Shown piece after piece: positions 27,550 to 40,212 of a stretch of 64,000 bases of DNA; position 1 is the first letter of the stretch; each line of letters begins with the position of its first letter. Source of the DNA: the human T2T-CHM13v2.0 reference genome, Homo sapiens; the NCBI RefSeq assembly GCF_009914755.1, contig NC_060930.1; one strand, 5' to 3'. The translations under genes and the position numbers were made by a program. The notes beneath the pieces were generated by a model. It saw only the letters and a list, made by a program, of their open reading frames with translations, made no database searches and was not told the origin of the DNA.

Positions 27550-28850
27550 TGCAGCGCTCACTTAGAAACCATAGAAGAGGGAAGTAAAGCCGGCGAGTTT
27601 AAACCGCTAGGTGGGGGCATTGGCCAGGACGGATCAAAAGTGTGTGCGATTGCGGGTGTGTCCTGTGGGAGTGCGGGGTGCCAGGAAACAATTTTCCCGT
27701 TATCCTAGGAGAACTGGAAACGATTAGAGACAAGTGTTAAAGGGATGGGAAGCGGGGGAAGGCCGACAGGAATGTAACCAGCTCCATGCGACCTTTCCTC
27801 TTTTAATTTCTGCTCGGGAGCATGGGACGGAGAAAAAACAAAGCAAAATTTGTTCCCCACACGGTTTTTGGCTTTAGCGGTTTGGGGACCTGTGGCTTTC
27901 TCCAGCCATGCCTCCACTGCTTCGCAGAGTCCCAGACTCCCAGAGGAATCCGCCCCTTGTAGGCAGTTTGATTTTACCCTCTTTGGTAAAGAGCTGCTTA
28001 AACACACACCGCCATCATATTGACCGGATGTTGGCAGAGTTCAGTGAAGAACCCCATTTCCTTAACCTGACTTCCGCATTTCAAGTATTCCTTTCTCACT
28101 TTAAAACACATAAAACATAGGTGTTTGCACAGAGGCGCATGTGTGTGAAACACCCAAGAGAGAAAGAGACCCTGTAAAGTCGCCTGTGCCTGGGTCACCC
28201 CTTCGGAGTAGGGGTCGCTGGGTAAGGTCCAAGTGCCAGCTCTGCAGTCCCCAGCGGCGCTAGAAGGAACCTCCAGGCAAATTTTGGGGGAAATTCAGCT
28301 GACAGGGGAGGAGCAGAGAGGGAATCAGTAGCGGAAGGGAAAGGGTGGAGATGGATTACCTGAGCGCAGCAAAACTTAGTTGAGTAGAAATAAGCTCCCG
28401 TATGAACACCGGGCACTAAAACTGCGAATTAATGTGGTTCCCTTATTATCAATTCCACGCACGTGTACGTTTGGCAGAAGCTGAGTAAGTGGAGAATAAC
28501 TCTGGAACTGAAATGAAGTCAGTGAACCGACACAAAACCAGATCCTAGCGGTGAGCTGGCTGCGGAGGAACCAAAGAAAAATGAATCCTCGAGGAACCCT
28601 CTCCCATGCTAGGAAGATGTAGTTCTACAGCTGCAGCACCAAATTCGAGGCGCAGGCTGGGAAGTTTAAAGCGCAGCGCTAACCAGACTGGACACTGTCA
28701 AGGGAAGCATACTCTGCCTACAGCAACCACAAGAGATATCTCACGGAATTTATTGCAACTCAACTCTATGTAAGCTGGCAGTCAGCTAACCTTAGTCAGC
28801 CCTAGCCAGCTCTCTTGCCTGCGGCGACTGAGTCTTGCTTTCAGCATCCC
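27550..28850. promoter_or_regulatory. Second, weaker CpG-retaining domain upstream of HTR1B
   Basis: Non-repetitive stretch with many retained CpGs compared with surrounding DNA. Confidence 0.5.
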
Positions 28851-30269
28851 TAGAGTCTTCCATCCAGAGAGTAACTATTGAAAGAGGTCCAGGCCCAGGA
28901 GCAAAGAAAGTCCTGATTTTATCTTTGCTTTGCTGAAAGAAAAACGTTAGAACACTCATGCGCCTGTCACTTTTCTCCTTTGATACAGGAAAATACAACC
29001 CCGCACTCACCATCCCACTGCTTGAGAAATCTGGTGTGGAGGCCTGTCTTGCTGCTTCTTTCAAATTCTGCTTCCTCCATCTATGGCCAGCATATATATA
29101 TATATTTTCACTTCAGAAACGGGCAGCAGGAGACCACCAGCTCATGTGTGCACCATCCTAATGTGTGCTGGCAGCCCATTTCTAGGTTTATCTTATACTT
29201 CCTCCAGTAACTATTCCTTAAAGAACTGACTGATGGCAATGAAACTATCAGGTCCACCCAGTGACTTGGTTCTTACCATCCTTTGTGACTTCCTTGATGA
29301 AAACTATGAAAATGTTCAGATAAATGACCATATACATACATAGATATACATGTAATTTTTGCGGACAAATTCTGAGGATTTCCAAACCATATGAGGCCCA
29401 GATCCCTTTCCATATTCATTGGCCCTCACATTAGGCCTTTGACCTGATATTTGTGTCATGGTATTTACATTCCATCTGTTTTATTAGAAATTTTGAGGTC
29501 TTTCTTACCAAATAATGAAGGCAGGTGCTTTATTCCCTAAATGTTAGTTTGGTGTAACTTAATCCCTAAAAATTGGTAATTCTCCTATGTGTCTATATAT
29601 GGATACAAATATCATGTAAGCCATATTTCTATTTAAGGAAGAATGCAAACAAAACTTAGAGCAAATATATATAACTTAGACATTTTTAATACCTATCTCC
29701 ATATGAATAAACACTTTGCTACTTTGAACAGATACTTGCAACAAGTAACTTACTACTGGTTCAAAGATAGCCCAGATCCAACTAGAAGAGCCAGCTCCCA
29801 ATTAAGATCTAATCACATATTTCCTGGCTGAAGACGTAGGTCTTCAAAAAAAAATTCTATTTTACAGCTACTATTAAGTAATGTAAGTAAGGTTACATAG
29901 AGTATGGTGTGCTGAATTTTTTTTTTCTTGGACAGAGTGAGATTTGGCAATGAGAAATATCTGAATGAAAAAACAATGCCAATAAATCCACCAAACTTAC
30001 AAACAACTTGCTTTTTTAAGTTGGCAGTGTAATTAAGCAGCTCTGTTCAAGATGAAGTCTCTCTTGAAAAACCAAACCAAACAATTTGATGGTGAAGTTA
30101 TCTTTCAGCCTAAGTGACGAAGCAATAGAAATGCAAAGTCTTTATTTTCAAACAAATAAAGAAAAGTCAAAACACTTATTTTGCCGAAGAAAAGCAAAAT
30201 TCTTAATTTCAAACAGGAAAAATGACATCACTCTCTGGTGCTTTATTGCTTCTTTACCTGTCATTCATG

Positions 30270-30515
30270 AATAAGAATCATTATCCTTTATTGAACACAA
30301 TATACTAAGCCATATGCTATGTATTCTACATACATTCTTACACTTATTTCTTATAACACTGAGAGTTGTCATTATCATTCTCATTTTCGGGATAAAGAAG
30401 TTGAGGCTTAGAGAATTGAAGTAATTTTGCCAATGTCAGACAGCTGGTAAGTGATAGAATCAATTTTCAAGTTCAAGTCTCTAATTTCAAGTTACAACCA
30501 TTGACCAGTATTCTA
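30270..30515. mobile_element. MIR SINE
   Basis: Core CATTCTCATTTT...GATAAAGAAGTTGAGGCTTAGAGA...GTAATTTTGCC...CAGCTGGTAAGTG. Confidence 0.65.
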
Positions 30516-32944
30516 CACTGGATCGGCCATGCAGCTCAGCGTAGCCACCCATTTTGCTCACCTGACCATGACTTCGTTTCCTTCTGCCTGTGAGATGACG
30601 TCATTGCTCATAGCTATTTAAGTCTCCATAGTAATATTCGTTTAGACGCCTTCAAATTTTTATGTGGGGGTGAAGGTAGGGATTGGAGGTTGGGGGTGAT
30701 TGTGGTAAAAATCAGGTAGAAAACTGGGCACTGTGATTATGTGTAGCTAGCTATCATTTCAAAAGTACTGTTGATAGGTGATCATATACTACATAGTTTG
30801 ATGTGCACAGCCCAAATAGAAATCAAGCTAAGCTGTTCCAGATTAGTTTTGGCATAATTATATTCAGGGTGTGCTTTAATTTTTGCTGTTATCTTCCATT
30901 CTTTTTTTTTCTCTCTTCCTTCTCATTATCTTTTTCTTTATCATTAACACTTTCCCTAGGCCCATAAATATACACATTGAAATAAATAATTAATTAAAGC
31001 TTTTTAAAAATTGTAAGGATGGAATGTATTAAATACAGCGATATCCCCTGTTCTCCATATTTAACCATGTTAGTTTGAATATCAGTTACAAAAATAACCG
31101 ATACAAATTAAATTGCTTTTCTTTTTTCCTAGTGTGTTGAACTTAACTGACTTTTTCCCCTTATGGATCAGGAACTCATCAAAGATAAAAAGACCTATCC
31201 CTGGTGATACACTTATTTGAATAAAGTTATTTAAAGAACATATTAGCCAAAAATCCCTGGTGTAGCATGTTCAGTTACTAAGAACAAGGCAAACACCAAA
31301 AATGTAAGCAAAAACAAATCTAAGTGCCAATGTTCTAAAACTTTTGCACTTTATGTATGGCAGAGCTCCTCCTAGCCTCATTCAGATCTTATTTCTTCTT
31401 GCCAAATATACAGTTCTAATATGTTTAGCTATATGTTTTCCAAGGCCCCTGAAGATATAAGAAATGGATGAGAAACTATGTCAGATAAGCATGTTGAATG
31501 CAGCAAGATGCCACATTTATCATCTTTATTGCAAATTGAGCCAGGAAATCTAGAGTAAAGATTAAGAAGCAAAAGCCTAAAAGAATGACAATAACAACAT
31601 TATGATTTGTGTTGACCTATTTAATAATATGATATATTAACTAAGACTTTTATTACAAGTGATGGAAAACCAATTTAATCAACCTAAAAACAAAAGACAG
31701 GAATTTATTTCAAGGAGATTGGGGCTCCCTAGAGTCAAAAAAGGAATTGAACCACCAAGTTTTGGACAAAGTAGGAATGCAGCTGCATCTTGGGAAAAAC
31801 CAGCATTCTGGAACGCAAGCAGAACTCTTCTTTTTCTGTTGGTTGCTGTCTGCAGGTAGATTTCTTTCATCTATTTCACTGTAGATGGGCTTTTCTCATG
31901 TTGTTAAAACATAGCCATTAACACCTTTTGACTTTACATCTTGCAGCTTCAATTATATTTTAGAAACTAATCTGAATCAGATCCACTTTAAGAAATCCTC
32001 AGAAATGGGTTCTGTTTCTGAGTAAAATGCAGGATGTCATGAAAGGTGAACATTACCAAAGTAACAACTGAAAAAGCTATAAATATAAAAAAACCATATT
32101 TTAAAAACTTTGAAGAGTGTGGAAGCAAGAATAATTAGATAAACTAAAATTCTGCAAAAGGAAATGTATTTTTTAGGTGAGTAAATGATTACTGCCTGTT
32201 TTATTTCCTTAAGGTATTTGCTGATTCTGGGAACAGATTGTGGATTGGACATGGTCCAGGCAAAGAGATTGTACTGGGGAAAAGGGAAAGAAGCAGAGCT
32301 TTCAATGATTATTGGGGTCAGGGTGATATGTGGACATTTGCTCTGTGTTGCAACTAAACAGGAGACTAGGGGATTGGGTAAGGAAATTCTAATAGGCAAA
32401 TCAAATCTTTCACAGTCTTGGAGTGGTTAGAAGAAAAAGTTCCCCTATAGAGAAGGAGTCTATGTCAAATATATGACTGGTCTTCCCTTCAAGCAATTTG
32501 CAAGATTTTGAAGCTCAGTGGGGGAAATGTACAAGAGTAAAGCTCAAATTTCTGAAAGCAGTGAAGAATCTTCTGCAGTATTTCAGGACTGAGGAGAGAG
32601 AGACCTTCCAGGCTGTCAATCAAAAGCAAGGCCCAAAGAACAGGATGAATCACAGATGGACTGAGTCTAATTACAAATCAGCTTTGACTCAGCTCAGTCT
32701 CTGACCGGTTGATATAGTCAGCTCTTCATGCATTCTTCCTGACAGAGGAAACATTGAATTCTGTCTGGGCAAAATAATATTTGAAGCCTCTACAGCCCTT
32801 GTATGTACAATATCTGATTGCAATAAAAAGTATAATATATACATTGTGGAAGTAAAATTGATCAATAATTTAAAAAACCTAACAATAGGAATAAATCCAT
32901 ACATAATATGGATATTAGAGTTAGCATGAAAGGACTTTAAAATA

Positions 32945-33276
32945 CAGACAGTCCCTGACTTATAATTTTTCAACTTTAAAATGGTGCGAAAGTTATACCC
33001 ATTCAGTAGAAACTGTACTTTGAACAGTCAACACATAATTTTTCAACTTTAAAATGGTGTGAAAGTTATACCCATTCAGTAGAAACTGTACTTTGAATTT
33101 TGAATTTTGATCTTTTCCTGAGCTAGCAACATGTGGTACGGTAAGTGTTCCGAGCATGTTTAATGTGGGTAGGCTAGGCTAAGCTACAAGGTTTGGTAGG
33201 TTAGGTGTATTAAATGAATTTTCAAGTTATGATATTTTATCAGTTTGTAACTCCATCATAAGTCAGGAAGCATCTA
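32945..33276 (-). mobile_element. MER47-like (TcMar-Tigger) non-autonomous DNA transposon
   Basis: Imperfect TIRs CAGACAGTCCCTGACTTA / TAAGTCAGGAAGCATCT with TA flanks; internal GTAGGCTAGGCTAAGCTA and GGTAGGTTAGGTGTATTAAATG. Confidence 0.75.
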
Positions 33277-33289
33277 TAACTATTATTAA

Positions 33290-35389
33290 TATGCTAAGGA
33301 AAATAAAGAAAAATAGTCTAAATGGACAGAAAGGTAGAACAGTTCAACAATGAATGGAAATCTTTAAAAACAAAGTCAAATAAGCACTCTAGAAATAAAC
33401 ATATAGTATCTGATATTAAGTACTTATTGGATGGATGCATTAGCTCACCAGACAAAGAAAAAGATAAGATTAGCAACCTCACAAAGTAATGAAAATAATT
33501 ACAAAATAATTTTTAAAAGTATAAACTGAAGCATTGAGAGAAGAAAAGTGGAAAGAAAAAAACAGAATGTAAGAGTCAGACTGAGTCAGATAATCTAAAA
33601 TACATGCACAGCAAGAGAATGGGAAAGAAAAAGTACTTGGAGAGATAATATCCAAAAATGTACAGACATAGTGAATACATCAAACAAACAGCACTGAAGA
33701 AACTCCAAGAACTCTAGCCAGAATAAACACTCAGAAAGCCATAGCTAAGAACATAATGATAAAACTGGTAAAAAAAATTAAAAATAAAAAAAAATCTAAT
33801 GACAAATTTAAAAATTCATAAAACTGCTAGAGAAAGAGATACTTACTTTCAAAGGAGCACCAGAAAGCCTGCGGTTGACTTATTGACAGAAACTATGGAA
33901 GTCAGGAGGTAATATAATGACATCTTATCATAGCTAAAAGTTTTTTTAATCTGGCAACCTATAATTCTATACCATGAATTAATATCCTAAAAATTGGTGG
34001 TGAAATGCAGATGCTGTCAGCCAAACAACAGGTGGGGAATTTGTTGACAGCAGAACAGGACCATAAGAAATAATAAAGGAAGTTGTTCAGGCTAAATGAA
34101 AATGATACTACATGAAAGCAGAGATTTCAAGAAGGGATGAAAAGCAAAGGAGAGTGTAAACCTATGAAAAGATACAAAAATAATGTTTTCCCGGTCCTAT
34201 AAAATATGCATAATTAAAATATATGCCCACAATAGCACAAAGGGCTGCTGTCCAGTATAAACAGAGTGAACGCTAGAAAATTCTTACATTGCTAAATAAG
34301 TGATAAAGGTATTTAAGTTCAGCAGAAAGACGTAAGAATCTTAGGACCATAGCTTCAAACTACACAAAACAAAATTTGATAGGACTAAAAGGAATACTAG
34401 ACAAGGCCATAATCGATTTAGTTTTGAACATAATTTTCTTGTTAGCTAATAAAATAGTAAAATAGACAAAAATTTAATGAGGCTATGAAAGATTTGAACA
34501 ATATACTTAATCAAGGTCAACTAAATGGCATAGAAAACATTCTATTTCTACCACTGTACAACATATATTTCTTCAAAAGCAGTTGGAACACTTACAAATA
34601 TAGAATATATGCCAGACACAAAGCACATCTCAAGTGATTGATTCTTCATCAAAAAAGGTAAATAGATGACATGAAAGCATATGAAACAATGTCAGTGTAA
34701 CTAACCATCACGTAAATGCAAATTAAGTCACTATAAGATACCACTATGCACCCATTATAATGCCTGCCCCAAATACTGTCAATATTAAATGCTGACAAAT
34801 ATGCAGAGCAACTGGAAATCTTGTTGGTTGGAATGTAAAATGGCACAGCCACTTTGCTAAACAGTTTAGCAGGTTTATTATAAAATAAAATGTACATCTA
34901 CAATCCAGCAATTCTATTCCAAGTTATCTACCCAAGAGAAATGAAACTTATGTTCACACAGAAAACTGCACATGGCTTATAGTAGCTATATTTATAATTT
35001 CCAAAATTTAGAAACAACACAGATGGCTTTCAACCAATGAATGAAAAACAAACTGTAGTACATTCATACAATGGAGTACTACTCAGCAATAAGAAAGAAT
35101 GAACTATTGATTCATGCAACAATGTGGATCAAACTTGAATGCATTTTTCTAAGTCAAAGAAGGCAGATCCAAAACTGTACAATTCCATTGATATGACACT
35201 GTGAAAAAGGCAAGACTACAGAGAGCAAAACAGTTGACAGTCATTACCAGCGATTGGGGTTGGGGTGAAGTCATCTGTGGAATTGCACAGAACTTCTGGT
35301 ATGATGGAATGGCTTTCTATGGTACTATGGCGATGCATTTTAATATATAAAATATATATATAAAAATTTAAAGTAATCAATCAAGATAT
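33290..35389 (+). mobile_element. Degenerate L1M (ORF1/ORF2 relics and 3' region), interrupted at 35390 by the ERV
   Basis: A-rich strand with L1 motifs (TTCAAAGGAGCACCAGAAAG, GAATGTAAAATGGCACAGCCACTTTG, GGAGTACTACTCAGCAATAAG). Confidence 0.7.
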
Positions 35390-35909
35390 TGAGAGCAGCA
35401 TGAAGCAGTTAATTGCCTAGGGAGATAGGGACGGGTCCTCAGAGAAACCTCACCTCCAAGCTGGAGACAGTTTAAAGCCTGAAAGCCAAGCTGCAAGTTA
35501 AATCCTCAGACTGGATTGTGAACTTGCCTTCCCGTTTGGCACAATTTCCTCCGATTGGCCCCCACCCTTCACTTATTTTACATATACCTACCCTTTCCCA
35601 ATTGGTTTTTCTACATTGTTCTGCTCACCTTTGAGTGGTATCTTCACTTTAATCTTTTTTGCATATTCACAAACCAATCAGCATGCACCCCATTCTGAGT
35701 TTATAAAAGGCCCCAGAACCGGCCACATGGGGGACTTTCCTGCTTTTGGGTAGGGGAACCATCCCCCATGTCCCCTTTTTGCTGAGAACTTTCCTTTTGC
35801 TTAATAAATTCTACTCCACTAACTCCCCAGTGTCGAGGCACCTAATTCTTCCTAGTTGTGAGACAAGAACTCGGATCTAGCTGATCTAAGGAGCAGAAAA
35901 ACCACAACA
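35390..35909 (+). repeat. 5' LTR
   Basis: TGAGAGC...CAACA, with CCAAT, TATAAAA and AATAAA; aligns without gaps to the 3' LTR at offset 4299. Confidence 0.93.
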
Positions 35910-35912
35910 TTT

Positions 35913-35930
35913 TGGTGGCTTGTACAGGGA
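35913..35930 (+). other. Primer-binding site complementary to tRNA-Ile
   Basis: TGGTGGCTTGTACAGGGA versus tRNA-Ile(AAU) PBS TGGTGGCCCGTACGGGGA (3 transitions), 3 nt after the LTR. Confidence 0.8.
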
Positions 35931-37624
35931 TACCTGGAGGGTTAGTAAATACGGACCCAAACTCTCTTTCACTTTCATTTTCAAGGCTTCTCATCCTCAG
36001 ACTTTTTTCTGAAGGCAGATGAAGCACCAAACCTCGGGTGAGCCAATTAAGAACAAATGGCGCAGTTACAGAAGACAGGATGCAACCCTGCCACCTATCT
36101 CTCTCTTTCAGGTAAAAGGGATGTCGGTTTTGTTTCCCTTCAGGGAGGTCTAGCTGTTGCGTGGGACCAGAATACAGTCTTGGGGCAACTGAAAGCATCT
36201 GGCTGAGTCCACTTCTCAGTGTTGCCACAAGGCCCTTAGACTTGGCTTCCTTCCTGATCACTCATTAGGGCATTGACCAAGACTCCCAGACTTTTCTAAG
36301 GTATTTTTTCTTCCTTCTTTCATGGTTTGAAATGGCTTCTATCTCTTCTTTTATAATGTTAAGGGTGTTGCTGCAAATTGCAGAGATACTACTCCATAGA
36401 AGGAGCATTTGGCCCAGCCATCACACATGCGATTCAGAAAAATGTGATATCTGTCTGTTCCTAGAGGTGCATCCCTCCTCCCACCCTAATGGCCACAGGC
36501 ACACGAGGCAGATGGATGGGTGAGCAGTGGCTGCCCACTTACCCCCCCACTCCCAGCTGGGGCGCATGGTCATGTCCGCCGTGTGCACATGCTACATCCA
36601 ATGACCATGCAGGGCAGGAGTGTATCGCAGCCACTGCCCAGGCCCCAGGGTGGTCTCAGGGGCCAGAGGCCCCACGCAGCTTACTGGCAGTGTTTCCCGG
36701 TCACCACCGCCTCCTGCCACGCACCCGTGGAGTCTTTCCTAACCTAGTCCAGCTCATTCTGAACTAGAAAAAGGGCACAGTAATTAAGAACTCCTCTTCC
36801 TGTTGGAGGAACCAATTTGGACAGTGCAAGAGAGTTTCTTCCCCAGGCACCTTACCCGTCCTGCACTTAAGCTGTTTTTTTTGTTTTTTTCCTTCTCCAC
36901 CATGTCGAGAGTTAACACAGCCCTGCAAATACAGGGAGCTTTTCTATGTGAGAGTTTTTTTTTTTCTTTTGAACGGTGTTTTACTAGGCCAGGGCCCCAA
37001 TTCATGGGACTCTCTTTTTTCTCTTTCGTTTGAGGAGGACCGGCCTCCACAGCTTTACATTAGCATTTGAATTATGATAAGGAAGCAGGGAAGGAGCAGC
37101 CCTGCCGGCTGCTGGATGCAATCTGGCAAGGGTCACCTGGGACTTAATGAGTTCATGAACGCTTCTGAGTTACCTTCTTGCCCCAAACTCAATTCCATGC
37201 TTTGGGTTGAAGCCCTAGTAAGGAAAACTGGATCTGAGGGATCCAGAGGAAGATGACAGCAGAAGTCAAGGGGCACAGCGTAGGTGAGCAGGACTAATTC
37301 CTGTTGATTAAGCCAAGTGCCTGTTTCATGGATAGAGGTCATGCTAGTATCCATCGGATAAATGAGCTCTGGGGACCTCTACGGTTATCTACAGCAGGGG
37401 GGAAAGGCAGCATGTGGGTGAGTGTGGATAATTCCCACCTCCTAGGCCACCCTGTTAACATTGAGTGAAAGCTGCATTGGCACCCATGGGCAGCACCCTG
37501 CCGAGGTCACCAGGACTCTGGGATATAAGGACGCAAGAAAGAAAGGGGGACACCTCTTCTTTCTCTCCCTCACATACTCCAGGAAGAGAAAGGAACTAGG
37601 GACACCTTGTTCCCCTCTTTCCAT

Positions 37625-37804
37625 ATGGGTAACCAATCATCTTCAGTCTGTACTTCTCTTAAATGCCTCCTGAATCACTGGCACTCCTTTGAAAAAAACA
37701 CCTTTCTCCTTTTCCTCCCCTGTCCTCTCTTTGCAGATGGTAATCGTGTACCCATACCACAGGACACTCCCCTTGGGTGCATCTGCCAAACTGGGAAAAG
37801 GTAA
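37625..37804 (+). pseudogene. gag matrix N-terminal relics
   Basis: MGNQSSSVCTSLKCLLNHW and GNRVPIPQDTPLGCI resemble the gammaretroviral-like HERV Gag start (MGNxxS...PLxCxLxxW). Confidence 0.6.
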
Positions 37805-38366
37805 TTTTCCCAAACCTTAAACTGCTTGGCTTAAAATTGAGCTTGGGGGAAGGGAACCTAGAAGCCTGACATGCCAGCAAAAGGGTAAAAGCTTTTTACC
37901 AGTCAGACTTCTGGCCTCCCTTTCCCTGTGCAAATCAGTTCAATGGGTGACAAAATCACTGTTTATATTCTCTGTAAAGTTTTGATTAATGGAAAAAAAA
38001 ATTGTGAGGCTAGTCTTAAGCTACAGTCAATCTGGTGTGCTTTGTGTGTCTTTCTGTATGGTTCTGTCATAAAGAGGGGTACCTTAGGATAGAATGCGGG
38101 CCTAGGACCTCATAAGCCTGCTGTTCAAGCCAGCCTGACAAACTGGTCAGTAACAAACTTTGCTGCAGGTCTCCATCTTGTTTTAAATTTTTGGGAGCTT
38201 AACCTTGTTACCACGTAGCAGTACTTTCTTTTGGTCTCTGCCATTTTACAATGGTGCCCCAGGTCCAATCCTAGCTTAGGGAATGAATACTTTCTGTTTA
38301 ATATCTGTGTAACTTTTACCATTTGCTGATTCTCTTCCCCTCCATGAACAACTTCTAGCTTCCTTT

Positions 38367-38675
38367 CTTTTTTTTTTTTTTTTTTTGAGACGGAGTCTCA
38401 CTTTGTCGCTAGGCTGGAGTGCAGTGGCATGATCTCAGTTTACTGCAACCTCTGCCTCCTGGGTAAAAGCAATTCTCCTGCCTCAGCCTCCTGATTGGCT
38501 GAGACTACAGGCATGCTCCACCACTCTTGGCTAATTTTTTTTTTTTTTTGTACTTTTAGTAGAGACAGGGTTTCACCACGTTGGCCAGGATGGTCTCGAT
38601 CTCCTGACCTCGTGATCTGCCCACCTCAGCCTCCTAAAATGCTGGGATTACAGGCGTGAGCCACGGAGCCCAGCC
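38367..38675 (-). mobile_element. AluSc-like element inserted in the ERV internal region
   Basis: Full dimer; TSD TCTAGCTTCCTTT at 38354-38366 and 38676-38688. Confidence 0.93.
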
Positions 38676-39688
38676 TCTAGCTTCCTTTTGTAAATCTTCC
38701 TTTCTCTGAGCTACCATTAAAGAGTCTAGGTTTTGTGAAAACTGCTTACCCCCTCTTTGAAAATACCTTATGCATTCCCAGTTAAGTCATAACCTTAGTT
38801 GAGGCTTGTTGGTTTCATCTGTGAGGTTACTTTTGATAAAGTTCGAAAGCCAGAAATACTGACCACTGGTCATGACTAAAGTTGGGTAAAAAGGGATTTA
38901 AAAGGATTTTTCTTAAAGAGGGCTCAGCCTAATTAAAAGTAAACATCTAAGCTATACGTATATTTAAAAGGCCTTTATATTTTTCTCTTCATGGATCTTG
39001 TTCTTCTGGAAAAGGTTTTTTTCTCAGTCGACTGAATTATTTTTCTCCATTTTGTCTTGCCATTCTTGGTGCAAACATGAGAGGCCCTAAGATAATTTCT
39101 GAGATCATGGGACTCCTTGAGAAAAATAGAAAAGGTGCTACGGACCCCATCTTAAGATAAAACGTCTGTTTTCCTCATGGAACCCCAGGTATTAAAAGTG
39201 GATAAATCTCTGTCAAATCTGTTTTTGTCTTCCATCTATTACTGTTTATTAGGCCCTGGAAACTGCGTGCTTTCCTAGCCCTGCTTCTTGAAGGGCTCCA
39301 CCCTGAGGCCAATAATCCATTTAAGAGATGGGCGAATGAAAAATCTTATAAATACTGGATCTTCTTCTGTCTGTACATGTATTATGTATGTGACGGTTAT
39401 ATAAAAAAGCTTTAATTAATTGGTTTAAAGAAAATAAGCACTTAGAAGAAATATTCTTGGAAGGAAAAATAAAGGCCATAGTGTCTTTTAGTTCATGTGA
39501 CTTTAATCTTTGAAAAATAAAAGTAGTTTGAAAGATAACTGGTAAAATACAAACGTCTTCAAAATGTAAATATGTGGTCTAAATTATGTGGGTCACAAAA
39601 CAGTGCACCCTGTCAGCAGAAAGCAGTTAAGATCAGTCTTTATCCCTATTCTAATGACAGTTAGATGTACCTCTTCAGAGGGGGGAAA

Positions 39689-40208
39689 TGAGAGCGGCAG
39701 GAGGCAGCCAAATGCCTACAGAGATAGGGGAGGGTCCTCAGTGGAACCCGACCTCCAAGCCAAAGACAGTTTAAAGCCTGAAAACCAAGCTACAGGTTAA
39801 ATCCTCAGATCGGATTAAGAACTTGTCTTCCCATTTGGCGTATTTTCCTCTGATTGGTCTCCACCCTTCTCCTATTTTACATATACCTACCCTTTCCTAA
39901 TTGGTTTTTCTACACTGTCATGCCCACCTTTGAGTGGTATCTTCACTTTAATCTTTTTTGCATATTCACAAACCAATCAGCATGCACCCCATTCTGAGTT
40001 TATAAAAGGCCCCAGAAATAGCCACATGGGGGACTTTCCTGCTTTTGGGTAGGGGAACCATCCCCCATGTCCCCTCTTTGCTGAGAACTTTCCTTTTGCT
40101 TAATAAATTCTACTCCATTCTCTCTTCAGTGTCCGTGTGCCTAATTCTTCCTGGTTGTGTGACAAGACCTCGGACTGAGCTGAGCTAAGGAGCAGAAAAA
40201 CTGCAACA
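39689..40208 (+). repeat. 3' LTR
   Basis: Follows the PPT; TGAGAGC...CAACA. Confidence 0.93.
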
Positions 40209-40212
40209 ATAT

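Larger units (their letters stand above)
35390..40208 (+). mobile_element. Internally deleted ERV1 provirus (MER4 group, MER61/MER50-like LTRs)
   Basis: Two 520-bp TG...CA LTRs (35390-35909 and 39689-40208); 4-bp TSD ATAT (35386-35389 and 40209-40212); PBS; PPT AGAGGGGGGAAA at 39677-39688; gag relic; no pol/env ORF. Confidence 0.93.
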
